This document shows positions 12,801-23,945 of a stretch of 64,000 bases of DNA, piece after piece (the first letter of the stretch is position 1; every line of letters begins with the position of its first letter). This DNA comes from Lama glama (taxonomy: Eukaryota), in assembly GCA_028534125.1 (NCBI GenBank), contig CM052816.1:80044001-80108000 (forward strand), in the 5' to 3' direction. The notes below the pieces were generated by a model. That model was not told where the DNA came from. It did not search any database and was given only the letters and a program-made list of their open reading frames with translations. Position numbers and translations under genes: made by a program.

Positions 12801-14618
12801 ATCATTGTACAGCCGATGAGCAAGAAATAGTTTTCTTTTCTGGTTCTGTCCCTTCCACCTGGGAGTACAGCGGTGGAGCTTTGGGAAGCAATTTGGGATG
12901 AATTTGGGGAACCATCTGATGCTGTCTGGCCCCATAACACCAATTTCTTCTGCTCCCCTCCCTCAAGCTTGTTCCTTTAACATCTCTTCCCTTCGTGCTA
13001 ACTGCCAAAATCACAGCCTTTCTGCTGCCAAACCCCAGAAGCTTTTAATAGTGCTATTTCTGTGATTTTTTTAAAACCATGGAAATATTTCAGTCTTTAT
13101 TTAAAAACTAGATTTCAGCTACAACACTCTCCCTACTGTCACCAGTTTTTAGTTTTTAAACCATAAATTTACACTATCATTTCTCCCTGCCTGCCCCTGT
13201 TCATACAGTATGGAACTCAAGACTGAATACATTTTGCTAAAATAATCTCAACTTGTACAAATGGAAGCTGCCCAAATTCCCTTGGAAAAGATATGTTAAC
13301 CTGGTCACACAACTTACAAACCCCTATCTGCTCAACTGAGCATTTTCCATTAATTGCCTTTTCTTTCTTAAATGGAAGTTAAACGAGGTCTCTAGGCTAT
13401 AATATCATCGGGCCAGCAAATGAGGAAGCTGAAGGTTTCTCAGGAAGTCAGATGACCCAGGCTCACTCCGGCCAAAGGCCCATTGGATGACTTCGGCCAG
13501 GTCACTCCACAGTCTCTGAGTTTCAGGTAAAATCACCTGAAGAATGAGAAGGCGAGGCTAACTTTCTCCAAAAAATCCTTTTTTGCTCTAATTTTTTTTC
13601 AGTGGGCCCAGACTTTGCAGTCATCCCACAAGCATCTCATCCGGTCTGGGCCTTATCAGGGCAGTAAGTTACATGTCATGATGCAGCCTCAGGAGATAAA
13701 CCTCAGCCAAAAGGAGGTGTGCGTGTGTGACGTGTCAGCCTTAGAAGACGCAGCCTCTATTTATTGCAAAAATGCAGCCATGCCAAGCTGTCACATAATT
13801 CACGGCAAAGCAATAAAATCCAGGTTCCCCTTTAATTACCTAATGTGAAATGACAGCCAAGCAAGCCCACTAGGAGGGTGACATATCTGTGCTTCCATCT
13901 AATCCTCTTCCACGGATCTCTCCCATTCAACAACTCTGCTCCAAGCATCTGGAGCGCAGCTAGTCCGAGGCTGGAATCTCGGCGGGGCTTATGAGGCGAA
14001 CTTTTGTTACAATAGTGTCGTGTATAATCCCGCTGCTATGTTGTTCTTCTCCATTTTCTCTTCTGGGAGACTTTGTTTCATGGTTCTGACATCATAACTG
14101 GTGCCTCCAATCCAAAGGCTTTTATGATGAATAACAAAATGAGGAAGAAGCCCAGGAATGCAGGGGGAGTTAAAGGTGCAGGAGGCAAGAGATAGTGTTG
14201 TTTTCCCACACAAGCCTTAACAGAATTAAAAACAGTTCTCTACACGCCAAAACAAACCAAGCTAATATGTAATTCCTTAACCATTCTCATGAGGCTGGCT
14301 TTCTCTAAAAATGACATTCTGAATCAGATTTGGGGGACGTTAGAAATGCTGAGGTAGTTTACTGATTTTTTTTGTTAAGAGGTTTAATTGGATCGTTCCT
14401 TTCTCTGCAAGGCACAGATGCCAGAAACTTTTTTCAAATGTCGTTGTGGGCAGTTATACAAACAAACAGCAAGGAGCCGGGGGCATGCCATTCACAAAAG
14501 CCACCCTGAGCGGGGACCCAGAGCGAACCCGGCGCCTTATCACTGTGCGGGGGGAGGGGTGTTTCTGCAGCCCCAGGAACACGGGTGGGACAGCCAGGCG
14601 TGAGTCACGGGTACTTAC

Positions 14619-14654
14619 GTCACTCTTCCTGAACTTGGCTTTCAAGCTCTTCAT
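14619..14654 (-). CDS. RAI14: First coding segment (exon 2) of retinoic acid induced 14 / ankycorbin, MKSLKAKFRKSD; the rest of the CDS lies left of the window
   Basis: ATG at 14654-14652 in AAAC-ATG-A context; the 12 codons match the RAI14 N-terminus as I recall it; followed immediately by a perfect phase-0 donor GTAAGT (14618-14613). Confidence 0.95.
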
Positions 14655-14701
14655 GTTTAGTCCATTCAGCCTTCCAGAGCTCTAGAGGAGACGTTCAGCA
14701 C
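14619..14701 (-). other. RAI14: RAI14 exon 2 (47 nt 5'UTR + 36 nt CDS)
   Basis: Acceptor TTTCTTTTTTTTCTTCTCTGCTTAG|G (AG at 14703-14702) with a strong polypyrimidine tract; donor GAC|GTAAGT. Confidence 0.92.
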
Positions 14702-16572
14702 CTAAGCAGAGAAGAAAAAAAAGAAATTCAGTATCTAGGTTTCCAAATCACACGACAGATGCTCCCTCCTGATTGGATGATGACTTTGGGTAGGAGACTG
14801 GGGTCCAGTTAGGAAGGTGGTCAGGGTTAAGGGCTGGGAACTCGGTAAAGAACACGTTATTCCCATTCGCAATATCCCTAGAACCTTCTGACGTCATCAA
14901 GTTAAAGGAAACTTTAAATCCTATCCCAACCTGTCGAACGTTAAAAGTAGAACAAGCTTAAGTAACTGAACTGTCATCGCGCACAATACAGCGTCCCTAC
15001 CGAACTCATCCTCTAACCAGCCTTCGAGTTATAGCTCTACCATCCGCCTCCTCTTCAAGGACCACAGCCGCGAAGCACGGAAAGGAAAATTGTCCATGTT
15101 CCAGATGCCAGGCATTCCCTGTTTTTCTCAGTGTGGTTTCTTTTTTTTCCCCTCCCCTCCTAGATGCACAGGGCAGAGTGAAAAATGCAAGAAACAACAA
15201 AACCTCCCTCATCAAAATAACTCAGTCCTCAGGAGGCCACTCAAAACACTGAAAGAACCCCCCACCCCACCCCGAGGTCCCATGGGACCCAGCAATTCCA
15301 AGTTGGTCCTGGAAAAGTCTTAAGAAACCACCTCACTTAGAAGGGGTCTGTGGTCCCTTTAGAAAGTGGAGGTGATTTTCCTGAATGGCAACAGTTCCTG
15401 TTTTCATCAGATTCTGCTAGGGGGTTGTCACCCTTCAAAAGTTAAAGCTAGTCATCTAAGTCCCTCATCTTTCAGAGGGAGAGACAGAACCTCAGAGGTG
15501 AAGAAACCCCTCTGAATTCACAAAACCTCTAAGCAAAAGTCAGAACCAGACCCAGTCTGACTGATGGGCAAGTGCCTTTTCCACTGCCCTATGGCTTTCA
15601 AAACTAAAACCCACAAGTGAAATCCTGTGCTAAAATATGGTGCAAACTACCTTTTCCATCTTTAAACCTGGAAAAGGCACAAAGGGTAGAACCCTTGCGT
15701 TCAGGTCAAAAAGGCCAGATAAATGTATGTTCGAGTTCCCACCACACAGTAAGCACTGAAGAAACGTAACTTCCAGCTCACCGGCCAGGCGGTGCCAACA
15801 GGGGAGCATTAACAGTCCCGTCCATTTGGGAACTAAGGCAGAGTGGTTAGATGCTGACCGCAGTTGACTACTATTTTTCAAAGGCCTTTCAAGGTCATCT
15901 TGTTCCTCCACCATCTTTATTATTCTTAAACTAAACTGATTTGAGGAGAAAAAGCAGGGGAAAATGCAAGCAACGGAATGGCTGGACTCATCCCTTCAGG
16001 TCTTCATCGCTGCCTCCAGAAGTTGTCCAGCGACTCCCCGGTCTCTAATTTGTTGACTTTCATTATTGCTGGCACCACGAAGCAGGGCCTTTGGATGAAT
16101 GGTACCAAAACCTGGTCATCTTAAGGCACTTCAGTGACATTAACCTGGAGGCCACAATACTAGTGCAGCCTCTCTGTGGTCCCTTTCAATCTTTCCAGCC
16201 TCGGCAGGAGTGACAGAGTGTGTTGCCTTGGAAACTGCATGCACTGTAATTACACCTTGTTAATTGCCATGTTATTTAACCACAGGGAAGTCTGGGCTGG
16301 TCCCCAAAAGGCAAAGTGCAAACTCCAGGATGGTGTTTCTCGAAGGTGGCCCCTCCTTAATCTGAATCAGAAGGGCATGGGGACAGGCTGCTAAATGCAA
16401 AATCCTAGTTCATAGCCTGTGGAAACTGAATCTCAGGAGCGGGGCCCAGGACTCTCTTTGGTTAAATCTTGGCACACAAGTCTGAGAAATGGGGCATGTG
16501 GAATGGGGAGTACCCTTGTCAAAAATGGCACTGGTTTAGAAAACAGTCTTTCTTCAATTCAAAACAAACCAC

Positions 16573-16845
16573 TTTTTTTGTTTTTTGCAGTTGGCACTGT
16601 TTTATTCGTGTGGGTATACTAAAACAATAAACTTGTACTGGCATACAACTTATTTAAATAACTTTGTTCAAATTTTGAATCAGACATTGTTTTATTACAA
16701 TAATGAAGTAATTTCTCCCTAGGAAACCTGCAAGCACCAAACAAAGGGACCATAAAATTCAATAAACAGATTCGAGTGTATCCTACAAATAGACACACTG
16801 CAATTAGAAAACATAATATGAATTCTTCCATTTCTTTTTAGTATT
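16573..16845 (-). pseudogene. 5'-truncated processed pseudogene fragment (mRNA 3'UTR end plus decayed poly(A))
   Basis: On the minus strand: AT-rich UTR-like sequence, AATAAA at 16606-16601, then ~14 nt, then an A-tail (16586-16573); degenerate flanking duplication aaaacaaaccactttt / aaaaaaaacacctttt; TTTT|GA nick site at the right junction. Confidence 0.65.
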
Positions 16846-18264
16846 AAAAAAAAAAAACACCTTTTGATGAATCCAAGCAGAAATATTGACAGTCAGCTGT
16901 GGTTCTCCACCAATTGTAGCTAGAAAACGAAATCATCCTTTGAGTTCAGCAACTTCCACCCTCTGGCTGAAGTGCTGATAACCAAGAAAAGAGATCAAAT
17001 CCATGCAGCAGGAAAGGGAGAAAAGAGAAATCCAGACTTGGATAATCCACAAACTGTGTAGCCCACCAAGGCGGAACCAATCAAAGCGCTGTTTCAGGTG
17101 AGAACACAATGTTCTTAGGCAAAGGTGGATACGATTTTTATTTGAGGTCACGGAGGTTTTCATGGGTGTGGCGCTGGTTTTTTGGTGTGTTAAGTCTTTG
17201 GCTCTCTCCCCCGCCCCTCCCAGCATGGCAGTGAGAAGTATGCAAACTCTCAATTAAAGAGGATTAAGTAAATAAAGCACCAATTCCAAAAATTCCCAGG
17301 AAGAAGTATTAGCTGTGAAATGAATGCTTTCCTGGAGTCAAGGCTCTGGGTGTGTGAGAGCTGGGTGGTCCATGGGTATCACGCCAGGGGGTCAAAGGTA
17401 AAGAAGTTCTGGAAGGCTACAGAATAGTAAGTAACTTCAGAAACAAGAACTGTAGCTGGGGGTGAAGTTACTAACAGATCACTGCTTTCCCAGTATTGAT
17501 AAAAAGGAGGCTCTAACACTTGGAAGCCATGTAGTGGGAAATCACCCATCCCTGAAATGATGCTGGGCTCCCTCCGCCTCCGTACCTCCTCCTCCCCAAG
17601 AGAACCCACAAGTAAATCAGAGACTTGCCTTCCTTGGGTCAGCTGGAATCTTATCGCTCCAATTCCCAAATCCAAACTTCCAAAGCCCAGGCTGGATACA
17701 CTGACATCTACCAATTTAGTGACGTGACACTAGCAGCATTCCTTGGAAAAGTCACTTAATCAAGGCGCTCAGTTCAAAAGAGCTATGGTGAAGCTGAACT
17801 GACTGCACAGCAATTTAGTTTGAACGGTACAAAAAGGGGAGGAAATGGTACATATATATGGGAAAAGGTGTGTGAATTAAGTTCTCCCATTTCAAGCAGA
17901 ATAAAGCATATCTCCCCACGAAGCAGAAATGGTAGTCAGTTTACCCCCTGCTCAAATCAAAATAAGTCACTGACACCTAGCCTCCATCACTGGTTCCCAG
18001 GCATCCTGTGACACCGAGTCCATTGGTGAGGATGCAACAGGGCAGAGATGCAAAGGCTTATTGCCCTCTCATCTGAAAGACTAGATCTAAACAGGGCTTA
18101 CTTATGAATCCATTTTCCCTTTCAAAATAATGTAAATCTCAATCAAAGCTTAACATGAGCTACTCTTATCTAATTCTAGCCTGAATCAAAACACTTTGAT
18201 ACTAGCCTATAGAGCTTTATTAAGAACTAACAAGTTAGACCTCTTTGAATATTAAAAATAACTT

Positions 18265-18420
18265 ACAATGGATACTGAGTTTCCTTTCGGGGTGGTGAAA
18301 ATGTTCTAAATGTACTGTCGTGATGGCTGCACAACCTGCGAACATACCAAAAGCCATTCAAATGTACACTTCAAATGGGAAAACTGGATAGGATGTGACT
18401 TGTATCTCAACAAAGCTTTT
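18265..18420 (+). mobile_element. L1MB-type 3' end fragment
   Basis: gagtttcctttcggggtggtgaaaatgttctaaa..tgtatctcaacaaagct, an old L1M 3'UTR terminus. Confidence 0.7.
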
Positions 18421-21400
18421 TTTTTTTTAATAGTTTAATACCCTACATTATCTTCTCCAATCCTTAGAATTAGGAAAATTCCAGGTTAGAAACCTCTGGA
18501 CTGATTGAGAAAGAACTTCGAGGAAACAACAGTTAATAAGCAACGCCCTCGGTGCTAACGCATGGTTGCTCTTAGACTCTCCTGTTTAGCTGCTCCTCTC
18601 CCGAAAGCCACCCCCGACGGAAATGGCTGGGAAGAAGTTCCTCTCCTCCAGCTTCAAACCACTCCTACCCCAACCCAGCCCCTATTCCCCCCACCATATA
18701 TGACCCAAAGATTATTTCATAAGACGTTGCCAATTATGTCAACACCTAAGGGCCCTTGTGGCGCCCCAGCCAGGTATTTAGATTCTGTAATCAGTGGTGA
18801 GGCTCAGAAATCTGTAATTATATTTTATTTTATTTTATTTTATTTTTTAACTCCCCAGGTGATCTGGATGCCCAACTGGATCGGGAACCGCCATTTTAGA
18901 CTCAGTGACCCCGTATCAGTACTTGACACCTTCATTAAAAATAATCTAGAGACACTGTCTAACTAGATATGCTAAATCAGTATTTTCAAGCATTGACTGA
19001 ATCTTTCACAATATTGTAGGGGGTGAGAGGAGAGCCCTCTACACTAAAATCTAGGCGAGGAATCAGCTGGTTACCTGTGGCCACTAAGAAACAATATTAA
19101 CTCACAAAGAGAGGAAGACGGTAGCTGCACACATGTACATTTCCCTGAGTCACAAGAATATATTAGCATCCAAGACATCATACCACAGGATTCAAGGGTA
19201 GTGGCTTAAAATAATTCCCTCTGAATCATCCAGCAGAGGAAAATAAATAACAGAATAATAACAATGTCTTCACCCTAATCCTTCCATCCACGGAATCTCA
19301 GCAACAGCAGAGCACAAGCGCGCGTCCCAGACAGGCTTCAGAATATTTTCAAGTGAAAAGAATCCAAAGCACTGAAGAAGACACTGAACAAATCTAAGAA
19401 ACTAAAATTGAAATACTCCTCTCCTCGCCAGCATCTACCTCTTCTCCCGCGAGTACTTGTTTCCGCAGACAACCATCTCTCTGCAACAAACATGGCATTT
19501 CAACCGAAAGCTGTAAAAACACTCAGTTCTCTCAATCTGGCAAAACAAATACATGCTGTCAAAGGTCTCTCCAGACCGACCTTCCCGACAAAGATGTCCC
19601 TGACGACAAAGCACGTCACGCCACGCAAGCTGCTCCTAGGGGTAGAAGCTGCTTCCAGACTCTGCCTCTCAGACAGGGCCGTGCCTGCGACAGGGTCATT
19701 GCTTCTGGAATAAAGACTATAACCTGGGAAGCAGAGGCCAGTGAGTGCTGACCCCTCCCCCACCTCACCCAATCGATTTTATCTACAGCAGATCTGTTCT
19801 TGTCTTGGTAAGACAGGATCTTAAACATTTAGATCTCTGAGCAGACACTACAGAGAATTTAAAACTGACCAAGGTTATGAGTAGAGAATGATACAAAATC
19901 CTCTTTAATTAGGTGTCAAATACCGCAGACATTCAAAAAAAGTGGGAATCTTTGAGAGCTGGGAAAAATCAGAGATGTCTTCACCATAGGGGTAGGAGCT
20001 CTAACTGGCTTTAGAAACTCAGGATTGGGGCAAGCTGGTGAGGAAAGGGCATCCTGTCAGGCCTTTCAGAGCACAGCCATCTGAGATCCTCCAGGCAAGG
20101 GTCAGACACCTGTCCCATCGCGGTCAGCAGTCCTATGAGCTTCACTCGGAAGGCTGAGTAGCCGTGGTGGGAATCACCGCATAGCTCTCTCTGAAGAAAG
20201 ATCCTGCCCCCAAATTCACACTCTCTCATCCTTTCAGACCTTGGACATGAGTAAGGGGTTCAAGGAGTCCCAATATCAGTTTTCAGCATATTTGAAAATG
20301 GACATCTCTGCCTGTTGACTTTGCAACAGAGAATTTTCATCTTGCTTATTACTTGGGTCCTGGCCATTGGCATAAAATCAATACATGTTTCCTGAAAGAA
20401 TTGAAAGAATCTGTAGAACAGAGATACGGGTTAGGTGCCTGGATAGCCTTTAGGCTTCATCTTTGACCTCGGCAAGGCTCTTGGGCCCCAAATGGACAGG
20501 GTTAGCAGCACTGGGATCTGAGTGAATGAAAGGTGATCAGATTTCACATGTGCATATGAAAGCGCTTAGAAAAAACCACCAGCTTATCTGGCCTAGGAAT
20601 CCTGCTAGGTGGCCCTGCCCTCCCCTCCCGCCTGCCCTCTCCTCTCCTTGCTGGGCTCCTCCCGCTGTATCTCCCTAACCCCAGGCCGAGCTTCTAATGG
20701 AATGTAAATCAACAGAGAGCCAGGACTATCAGATAGCACTCTGGGGCGAGTGTTCAGGCTAGAGATTTTATCAGCCTGATGCAAGGCAGGACAAGGTCTG
20801 TTATCGTGTATGAGATTCTACCACTTCTAGTCAAGGAGCGAGTCCAGCGTGGGTGGACCCAGGTCTTCACCTCTAACCTCAGTTAAGGCTCGCCCCAGGG
20901 TCAACGCTCAGTGGACGGGTTTATGGCTGAGGGAAAGGATGAGCGAAGAATGAGTAAGCACTGAGGGTCAGATTGGAAGCACAGCGATACAACAGACATT
21001 TCATTCCAAAGGAAATGGCCAGTCCAAGATGCACAATTTCAAAGGATTTAGCTAGAAACTGGTAACAGGAGGCTGGAACCATCACTCACAGCCAGGGTTT
21101 AAAGGGGGCTGAGCACACGGAGATTGGGGAAGGATCTTCCTTCGAGAGAACTATGCAATGATTCCCATCTTGCCTCCTCAGCCTCATGAGAAAGACCTAC
21201 AGGACCCCCTGGAGAGACCAGGCAGATGTCTGATCCTCTCCTGGAAAATCTAAAAGGTGGGAGAGAAACTGGCCTCTGCCATAAGCATGGGAATGAAGGA
21301 GCAGTGGCTGCTGAGTTGTGATGAGCCTGAATGCTGGGATGTATCTGAGCACAGGTGTATGTTTCCTGTAAACCAGATGGAGACAGGTCACAAGAGAGGG

Positions 21401-21569
21401 TAGCAAGCTGGCTCGGATCCCATCTTACAGAGTGGATTACAGGGTGAAGGGGGCAGAGAGCAGCTGATGCCCAGACAGAGAAGCAACAAAGCAAAGGTGT
21501 GTACCTCACCTGCATCAGGGACTCAGAGGGGTCCCCAGTGATGGTCCAGGAGTGGAACATGGAGGGGAG

Positions 21570-21912
21570 AGGTTTGCGAGGGCTGCCATAACAGAGCATC
21601 ACCCCCTGGTGATTTACACAACAGAAATGTGTGTCCTCACGGTTCTGGAGGCCACAAGTCCAAGACCAGGGTAACACAGGGTTGATTCTGACTTTATTCT
21701 GAGGCCTCTCTCCCAGGCTGCAGATGGTTGTCCTCTCCCTTTGTTTTCACATGATCTTCCTCTTTGTGTGCCTGTGTCTTAATGTCTTCTTATAAGGACA
21801 CGAGGCACACCCCTATAACCTTATTTACTTTTTAATCACCTCTTTAAAGGCCCTATCCAAAAACAATTACATTCCGAGGCACTGGGTGTTGGGACTTCAA
21901 CATATGAATTTT
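21570..21912 (-). mobile_element. MaLR LTR (MLT1A/B-like)
   Basis: gggctgccataacagagcatcac..cacggttctggaggccacaagtccaagaccaggg..ggacttcaacatatgaatt. Confidence 0.8.
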
Positions 21913-23369
21913 TTGAGAAAAGAAACCCAAGAGCAAGCGTCAGCTCGACACATCTGTCGGGCTCAGAGAGCCAGCACTGTCCCGCGAGGTACTAAGTAAC
22001 AATGTTCTTGCCCCTCTTACCTCTCCCCTCCCCCATCCCACCCTCAGCTTTACCAGTGTGACTCTGGAGGGGACACAAACCATGACAGAGGAAGGTGGCA
22101 GAATGGAGGAAAAAGTGGGGGAAAAGAGAAAAAGAAAGATACTTTCTTTCAAATCAAATTTGAAGTTTTCATCTTTATCTGAAATCCGGCATTCCAAGTT
22201 CTATAAGAATCTTTAGCAACTGAAGTTGACTGTAGAATTTTTTTAATCTAAGAAGAATCAGAAAAGGTACAGATCTCATCCAAAGGCAAGAGATATATGA
22301 ATTTCCCTGAATAAATTTTAAAGAGTCAGTGGGACACAAAACAAAAATCTTAGGTGTCTTATTTACTCAGCAGACTAGATACAAATAAATAAATAAATGA
22401 AGGACTAAACATGCAAGCTTTCCTAAAGCATTAATTATGAGCTGAGTACTTTAATACTAATGTCATCTCTTATTTATTAACCAAGGTGCAGGTTTGTTAA
22501 AAGATTGCCCAGATGATAAAAGATGGGAGGAAGATAGGAGGGGGAGAAGAAAAGATATAAGCAATGAATCCTTTCTAAAATGCTCTAATATTTCACTTCC
22601 CTCCCCACCTCAAAAATGATCACATTCTTTTAAAACTGTAAATGCCATTTAGGTATTGTATCATAACAATCATGTAGTAAAACTCTTTTGAGAAAGTTAA
22701 TCTTCCTCCCTATATTGATAACTTGCCTTTATCCAGAGGATGACGTTTCTTTTGAGAAATGGACACATCATTCTGTTTTAAGAATAAAATCTGCCATCAA
22801 CTAGGACCAATCTTGGTCCATGAATCAGTCTGAGCCACCAGCACTGATACAAAATTGGCCGGGGCTCTGGTAACATGACTATCTGGTCTGTCAAATCTGC
22901 TATTCACATGCTCCAATGAACCTACCAAACAAAAGCCCCAAGGTTATCTCGTGCCCTAAATCCATCCAATTTAAAAAGCACAGTCTTAATCAAAACAAGC
23001 TACCTCTGGAATATAAAAATCACTCTAGGACTAAGAAACTCCATGTGATTATCCCTCATGTTGAGGTTATTTTTAAGATGATCTCTAAGACACTGTTCCT
23101 AGTCTTACGTTTCCAGATCTCTGATGCTCTGTCTAAACACACCACTGTGTCCAGGTCTCAAAGCAGAAAAGCTGCCCTGCACATACCTAGTAATCAACCC
23201 CAAATGGCAAGGCTTAAGTGCCAATAAGCGCCTTATCTTCTTTATCTCAAATCCATTCCTTAGATTTCACTCATCTAAAAATCCAAAAGGAACCAATCAA
23301 GTTCAAAAACACAGGTCCAATCCTCCAACGTCACTGGTGAAAACATAAAACGTGGAAAGCAAGTCGTTG

Positions 23370-23945
23370 TGGCCAGCAGTTTGGCAGTTTCTTAAGAAGT
23401 TAAATATAAATTTACCATTCAACCTAGCAACTCCACTCCTACGTGTCTTGCTAAGAGACATGAAAACACATGTCCACACAGAGATTTGTATGTGAATGTT
23501 TATAGCAGCCATACTTGTAATTGGGAAAACGGGAAAACGAATGAAATACCCATCAACTACGTAAACCAAATGTGGCATTTCCAGACAGGAGTGTGTCTCA
23601 GCCAGCACAAAAAAGGAACAAAGCATCGACACATGTGCAGCACAAAACCACTATATGAAGTGAAGGTTGGACACAGAGACTGTAAGATTCCATTTGTAGG
23701 ACTTGTCCAAAATAGGCAAATTTATAGACAGGAAGTAGATAAGCAGCTGTCTAGGGCTGGGAATGATAACAGAGAAGGATTGCACATGAGCAGGAGGGCT
23801 CTTGCTGGAGTGAGGGAGATGTTTTAAAACTCAACCGTGGTGATGATACATCTCTATAAATCAAAAATTACTGAACTGTATTGTACACTAAAATTGGTAA
23901 ATTTTATGGAATGTAAATCATACCTCAATGAAGCTATTTTTAAAA
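23370..23945 (+). mobile_element. Old L1M (L1MB/MC-like) ORF2 end and 3'UTR
   Basis: cagtttggcagtttcttaagaagttaaatata..atgaaaacacatgtccacaca..tacctcaatgaagctatttt. Confidence 0.8.

Noticed and set aside
14454..14618. Continuation of the 66-aa ORF after MKSLKAKFRKSD
   Set aside because: It reads through the GTAAGT donor into intron 2 and does not resemble RAI14 beyond residue 12.
21099..21677. 192-aa minus-strand ORF
   Set aside because: Starts within an MLT1 LTR with a non-ATG start; no domain or splice support.
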